Below, piece by piece: positions 8,007 through 11,673 of a stretch of DNA of 11,673 bases. The notes beneath the pieces are model-generated. The model worked only from the letters and a program-made list of their open reading frames with translations. It was not told the DNA's origin and made no database searches. The translations under genes and the position numbers were made by a program. The first letter of the stretch is position 1. Every line of letters begins with the position of its first letter. The DNA comes from Abditibacteriaceae bacterium (GTDB taxonomy: Bacteria; Armatimonadota; Abditibacteriia; Abditibacteriales; Abditibacteriaceae): assembly GCA_031425655.1 (NCBI GenBank), contig JANPJS010000122.1, forward strand, positions 1 to 11,673. The letters run 5' to 3'.

Positions 8007-8942
8007 TTACTTTTTCACGTGCAAGTCAGTAACCCGATAAAAGGCGGCGGCGTTTTTGTGAAAGAGCTTTTCGGAAACGACCCGCCCCTTGCCGTCGAAA
8101 TACGCTCTGGTGAGCGTTAGCACCGAGGCGTAGTCGCCGGTTGCTTCCGTCACCGGCCAATCGCTGCCGTAAACCAAACGATCCTCGCCGAAGCAATCAA
8201 AAACCAGGTCGAGCACCGGCGTGTAAAAAGCGATGTCCTGCGGAGCCGGCTGCTTTTCGGCGCGACCATAGAGCGCTGAAACCTTACAGAACACATTCTT
8301 CTGCTGCGCCACGGCGCGCAGTGCCGCGACCCATTGGGCATCAAGCGGCGCGCCGGTCAGTTTCACGCCGCCGCAATGATCCAGAATAATCCGCAGATTC
8401 GGGACGCGCCGGGCGATTTCGGCGACTTCTTCGAGGCGATAGTCGCCCAAGAGAAACTCGACCGCCCTGCCCTTTTTGGCGGTGAGTTGCAAATTATCAA
8501 AAAACGCGTCGGACAATTTTTCCTGATAGCGCCCCGACAACCGGTAGCCGACATAGCGTGGGTCGGCGCAAAGTTTTTCGAAGAGCGGCTGAAATTCCGG
8601 CGTGCCGATGACCTTGGACAGGTTGCCGATGACGCCCCGGTAGAGTGTTTTATTGTGCGCGGTGATGTCGAGATTCCACTGGTTGTCGGGCAGGCTCTGA
8701 CCGGCCTGAACGACAACGATGCCGCCGACGCCGTTGGTCTTCGCAATCGCCTCATGATCCGGCGGGAGAAAATTGCGAAACAGCACCTTGTCGTCTTTTT
8801 TGATCCAGCCCAGCCCTTCCGGGCGGTTGATGTCCCACAGGTGAACGTGACAATCAATAATAGGGACAGGCGCATTCTCAGCCGCTTTGAGTGGCAAGGG
8901 CAGAAGCCCCATAAATGCGATGGCTAACGCGAAGCGGGACAC
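8007..8942 (-). CDS. Amidohydrolase superfamily protein (Amidohydro_2; COG3618 / L-fuconolactonase-like) with predicted signal peptide
   Basis: Motifs IIDCHVHLWD (HxH), IVVVQA, IILDHCGG, NVFCKVSAL, FGEDRLVYGSDWPV, KLFHKNAAAFYRV. Start placed at GTG 8942 (MSRFALAIAFMGLLPLPLKA-AENAP), which is preceded by AAAGGA and AAACACC. The ORF-track ATG at 8984 lies in the loop of an 18-bp hairpin. Confidence 0.87.
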   Translation of the reverse strand: MSRFALAIAFMGLLPLPLKAAENAPVPIIDCHVHLWDINRPEGLGWIKKDDKVLFRNFLPPDHEAIAKTNGVGGIVVVQAGQSLPDNQWNLDITAHNKTLYRGVIGNLSKVIGTPEFQPLFEKLCADPRYVGYRLSGRYQEKLSDAFFDNLQLTAKKGRAVEFLLGDYRLEEVAEIARRVPNLRIILDHCGGVKLTGAPLDAQWVAALRAVAQQKNVFCKVSALYGRAEKQPAPQDIAFYTPVLDLVFDCFGEDRLVYGSDWPVTEATGDYASVLTLTRAYFDGKGRVVSEKLFHKNAAAFYRVTDLHVKK

Positions 8943-8963
8943 GGTGTTTGCGATCCTTTCAAT

Positions 8964-9004
8964 AAAATGGCGGGGGAGGCGCATGACGCCTCCCCCGCCA
9001 TTTT
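8964..9004. terminator. Perfect 18-bp inverted repeat; probable intrinsic (possibly bidirectional) terminator or mRNA-stabilising hairpin
   Basis: AAAATGGCGGGGGAGGCG-catga-CGCCTCCCCCGCCATTTT. It begins 13 nt after the stop of 9018-10148. The GC-rich stem is followed by TTTTATT on the minus strand and TTTTCGATT on the plus strand. Confidence 0.75.
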
Positions 9005-9017
9005 CGATTCGCCTGGA

Positions 9018-10148
9018 CTACTTTGTCAACAGTTCAGCCATGGCCTTGCCCATCGCTTCGCCGGCGTCCATATAAACCTCGGCTTTGCCGCCGTAGTGGC
9101 CGTTGCCGCTGCCGCCTTGCGCCATGGGATTGGTGTAAATCGTCGCGACGTTGCCTTTGAATTCCGGATATTTGCCGCTGGTGCCATCCACGGCGAGTTG
9201 CGCGTCGAGAATCTTGCCACCGTTGCCCGTGCTGCCTTTTACCGATTCGCCCATCGTCGCGAGAACGAATTTTGCATTCGGCGCGTTGAACTCCTTGCGC
9301 ACTGCCTTGATGAAATTCACGAGGTTTTTCTCGTAGCGAGCAGCGTGGCCTTCGTTGCCAGCGTCTTTCTCGCCCTGCCAGAAAAAGAATCCGGCGACTT
9401 CGTATTTCGTGGCGCCGGGATAGTATTTATCCAGTTCCGAAAGAACCTTCTTGGCGTAGGAAATATCGTCGTCCCACTGCTTGCCCGCATACCATTCGAT
9501 GGGTTTTCCGTCTTTGCCCAGCCACGGCGGCGGCTCGGCGGTGATTCCTTTGGCGGGGTCCATTTCCCACACGTCGGGTTTGTCCTTGTAACCGGCATAG
9601 ACCATTTTCTTTTCCACGCCCGCCTTGTCCTTGACGACAAACTCAAAGCGCTCGCTGCCCGGCGGCAGCAAGTCCCAGCCGAGGCTGCGGTTGCCAATGC
9701 AGCTTTTCAGCAGCATCACCGGGGCAGAAATCGCATTTCCCAACGGGTGCCCGATGCCAAACTCCGGGCCGATGGTTTTGCAGGCTTTGACGTTCAGAAA
9801 CTCGTTATTGAACTGCTGCATCCCGCCGCCGCGCCCCGACATGACGCGGGCGAATCGCACGTCCTGACGCTCGGCCCAGTTGCCCGCATCGTCCACCAGG
9901 TAAGAGTATTTTTTCTTCTCCTTCACCGAGTGTTCCAGCGAACCATCCGGCCCGGTGATTTTGCCCAGCCCAACCATGTTGGACTGGCCCATCATGATGA
10001 AAACCTGCACCGGCTTGGTCATGTCGGCGGGCTTACCGTCGGGCTTGGGCAGCTCCGCCGCCACGGACGCGACAGACGACAGGACAAGCGCCGTGAGCGC
10101 GATGGAGGTTGGAGCAAAAGCTCCGAATGTTTTGCGATTTGGTTTCAT
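9018..10148 (-). CDS. Secreted SGNH hydrolase, SASA/carbohydrate acetylesterase-like (paralog B)
   Basis: 376 aa. Signal peptide ending ..VASVAA; VQVFIMMGQSNMVG; IGPEFGIG; AGFFFWQGEKD; GSGNGHY. Colinear with 6791-7906, with 109 of the last 128 residues identical by hand count. Confidence 0.82.
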   Translation of the reverse strand: MKPNRKTFGAFAPTSIALTALVLSSVASVAAELPKPDGKPADMTKPVQVFIMMGQSNMVGLGKITGPDGSLEHSVKEKKKYSYLVDDAGNWAERQDVRFARVMSGRGGGMQQFNNEFLNVKACKTIGPEFGIGHPLGNAISAPVMLLKSCIGNRSLGWDLLPPGSERFEFVVKDKAGVEKKMVYAGYKDKPDVWEMDPAKGITAEPPPWLGKDGKPIEWYAGKQWDDDISYAKKVLSELDKYYPGATKYEVAGFFFWQGEKDAGNEGHAARYEKNLVNFIKAVRKEFNAPNAKFVLATMGESVKGSTGNGGKILDAQLAVDGTSGKYPEFKGNVATIYTNPMAQGGSGNGHYGGKAEVYMDAGEAMGKAMAELLTK

Positions 10149-10209
10149 GGTGTTTTTGGTTGATCTACGCGGTGCATTGGCTTTTAGGCCGCGATTCCTG
10201 TTGGTTCTG

Positions 10210-11673
10210 TTACTTGACCGGCGTCAGCGTGAACTCCTTGATGGTCAGGCCGCGACTTCCTTCGGGGCGGGTGAAGTGCAGGCTGTTCTTTCCTTGCACA
10301 AGAGTCACTTCCGCCGGCGTGGTTTGCTCCCACTTACCGATGGTGTAAGGCACTGCGATTTCGATTGGCTGTTTGGCAGCGTTCACAGTCAGCAGCACCT
10401 TCGGGTTATCCTGCACCGTGGAGACACGCGCCGTGAGGGTATATTTGCCGGCTCTGGGCAGTTCGACTTCGCAGGCGATGGTGCCACCTCCGGAGAACAA
10501 TTGGTGACCTCCCTCGAAGCTCCCGACGATTTGCGCGCCACTGCAAGCCGCAGCCGGAATCGTTATCACGCCGTTTGGAGCGATGACGATCTTTTTGTCC
10601 GCATCTGTAACCGTCGCCTTGACGAGCGCCCTGGCTCGAATTTCGGCGGATTCGTTAGCCTCGCCCAAGTTCTCACCAAGCGCCGCCTGTTGCACCGGCT
10701 TCGCTTCGGCGGCAATCGCCTTTTTCTCGAAGAGGGACAGGGTATTCCATAAGCCGGCAGGGCCGGGTTTCAGACTGACGTATTTCTGCTCACCGAGCAC
10801 ATCGCCGACCCATTGGGCGCGCAAAGCTTTCTCGTGTGCCAGCGGTTGTTTCCGAACCTGCGTCTCCATAACGAAATCGGCGTCCGACATCTCCATTACT
10901 CCCTTTGCGTCTGGATAGCCCCAGCCAGCGCCGAGGTTGATCACCCAGCCGTTCGGTGTCCAGCGAGCCAGCGCCGCATGGCCTTTCTGAGGCCGAGCCA
11001 CGGTAGGAATGCCAAACGAGCGCAGGATAAACCGTCCGAAAAAGGCGCGCCGACCGCAGATGCCGCCATTTTTGATGATGTTCTGATAGCTCTGCAACGA
11101 AGGCAAATCGTCCTTCACGTTTTGCGAGCCGTAGCGGACATCGGTGGCGACGGCTTTCGAATAGCGCCAGCCGTAGTCGGGGTTCAGGACGTGGTCGGGG
11201 CGATAAATGCGAAGCATTTCCCGTCCCCACGTCAGGGTCTCATCGGGTTCATCGCCGTTCACGACGTTGCGAAACTCCCAGGCAGACAAATCCTTGAACG
11301 CAGGGTCCAATTCGCCGGCGATGCTGGCCTTTTCAAAATGCAGATACCGCTTCACCGGGTCCACCACCGCCGGAGCGTTGACCGCGTCCTTCGGGTTGTT
11401 CTGCGCGATTGGCATGGCGTGTTCGAGGCTGGTTGCAAGCGCCAGGCGTTGAAAATGGCCTTCTTTGGCCCGCGAACTGGCCTTTTGGATGGCGGTGTAA
11501 ACCTGCATAGCCGGGCCATACTTGGCAAGCTCGGCTCCGCCGGCTGCGAGCATCTCCTTCATCAATGGGATATTGGACAGGAGTTTCTCGACCATCGCCG
11601 CCTGCTCGGTGCCCTGCTGGGCGAAATCCGCCAGACCGCGCGGTGTGGCATTGGCCAGCAGTGCGGCCTTGAT
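10210..11673 (-). CDS. Hypothetical protein (5'-truncated) with transglutaminase-like Cys/His motif and C-terminal CBM6/CBM35-like beta-sandwich
   Basis: The frame stays open from the ORF-track ATG (11595) to the window edge (IKAALLANATPRGLADFAQQGTEQAA-MVEK), so the true start is outside the window. Contains GGICGRRAFFGRFILRSFGIPTVARPQKGHAALARWTPNGWVIN and C-terminal EVELPRAGKYTLTARVST...VPYTIGKWEQT...VTLVQGKNSLHF...LTIKEFTLTPVK. The CDS is well supported; the domain calls rest on motif resemblance. Confidence 0.75.
   Translation of the reverse strand: MKAALLANATPRGLADFAQQGTEQAAMVEKLLSNIPLMKEMLAAGGAELAKYGPAMQVYTAIQKASSRAKEGHFQRLALATSLEHAMPIAQNNPKDAVNAPAVVDPVKRYLHFEKASIAGELDPAFKDLSAWEFRNVVNGDEPDETLTWGREMLRIYRPDHVLNPDYGWRYSKAVATDVRYGSQNVKDDLPSLQSYQNIIKNGGICGRRAFFGRFILRSFGIPTVARPQKGHAALARWTPNGWVINLGAGWGYPDAKGVMEMSDADFVMETQVRKQPLAHEKALRAQWVGDVLGEQKYVSLKPGPAGLWNTLSLFEKKAIAAEAKPVQQAALGENLGEANESAEIRARALVKATVTDADKKIVIAPNGVITIPAAACSGAQIVGSFEGGHQLFSGGGTIACEVELPRAGKYTLTARVSTVQDNPKVLLTVNAAKQPIEIAVPYTIGKWEQTTPAEVTLVQGKNSLHFTRPEGSRGLTIKEFTLTPVK

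Noticed and set aside
8943..8984. ATG 8984 as the amidohydrolase start
   Set aside because: It lies in the loop of a perfect 18-bp hairpin. GTG 8942 gives a cleaner signal peptide and upstream context. Not excluded, and kept as an alternative in the findings.
10149..10209. Weak inverted repeat (CGCGG...CCGCG) in the intergenic gap
   Set aside because: Only about 5 bp of pairing with a long loop and no U-tract, which is expected by chance at this GC content.
1..11673. CRISPR arrays, tRNA/rRNA genes, IS elements, phage or defence genes
   Set aside because: No regularly spaced repeats, RNA gene signatures, or transposase/integrase motifs were seen, and the intergenic gaps are all short.

Overview
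GC-rich bacterial window, with gene content typical of Planctomycetota/Verrucomicrobiota (taxon inferred only from the gene families). Seven protein-coding genes all lie on the minus strand. In transcription order (right to left): a 5'-truncated hypothetical protein with a transglutaminase-like Cys/His motif and a C-terminal CBM-like beta-sandwich; a secreted SGNH/SASA-type esterase; a signal-peptide-bearing COG3618-like amidohydrolase/sugar lactonase; a second, closely paralogous SGNH esterase; a ~980-aa double-module sialate O-acetylesterase-like protein whose second module looks catalytically degenerate; a planctomycete cytochrome c/DUF1549/DUF1553 (PSD1) protein; and a Tat-signal DUF1501 protein that runs off the left edge and is missing from the ORF track. 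Non-coding structure includes a perfect 18-bp inverted repeat (8964-9004) and a 64-bp decayed, in-frame copy of an internal DUF1553 segment just upstream of the DUF1553 gene. The set reads like an exported glycan de-acylation toolkit next to a PSD1/DUF1501 pair, but that is inference. No RNA genes, CRISPR arrays or transposases were seen.
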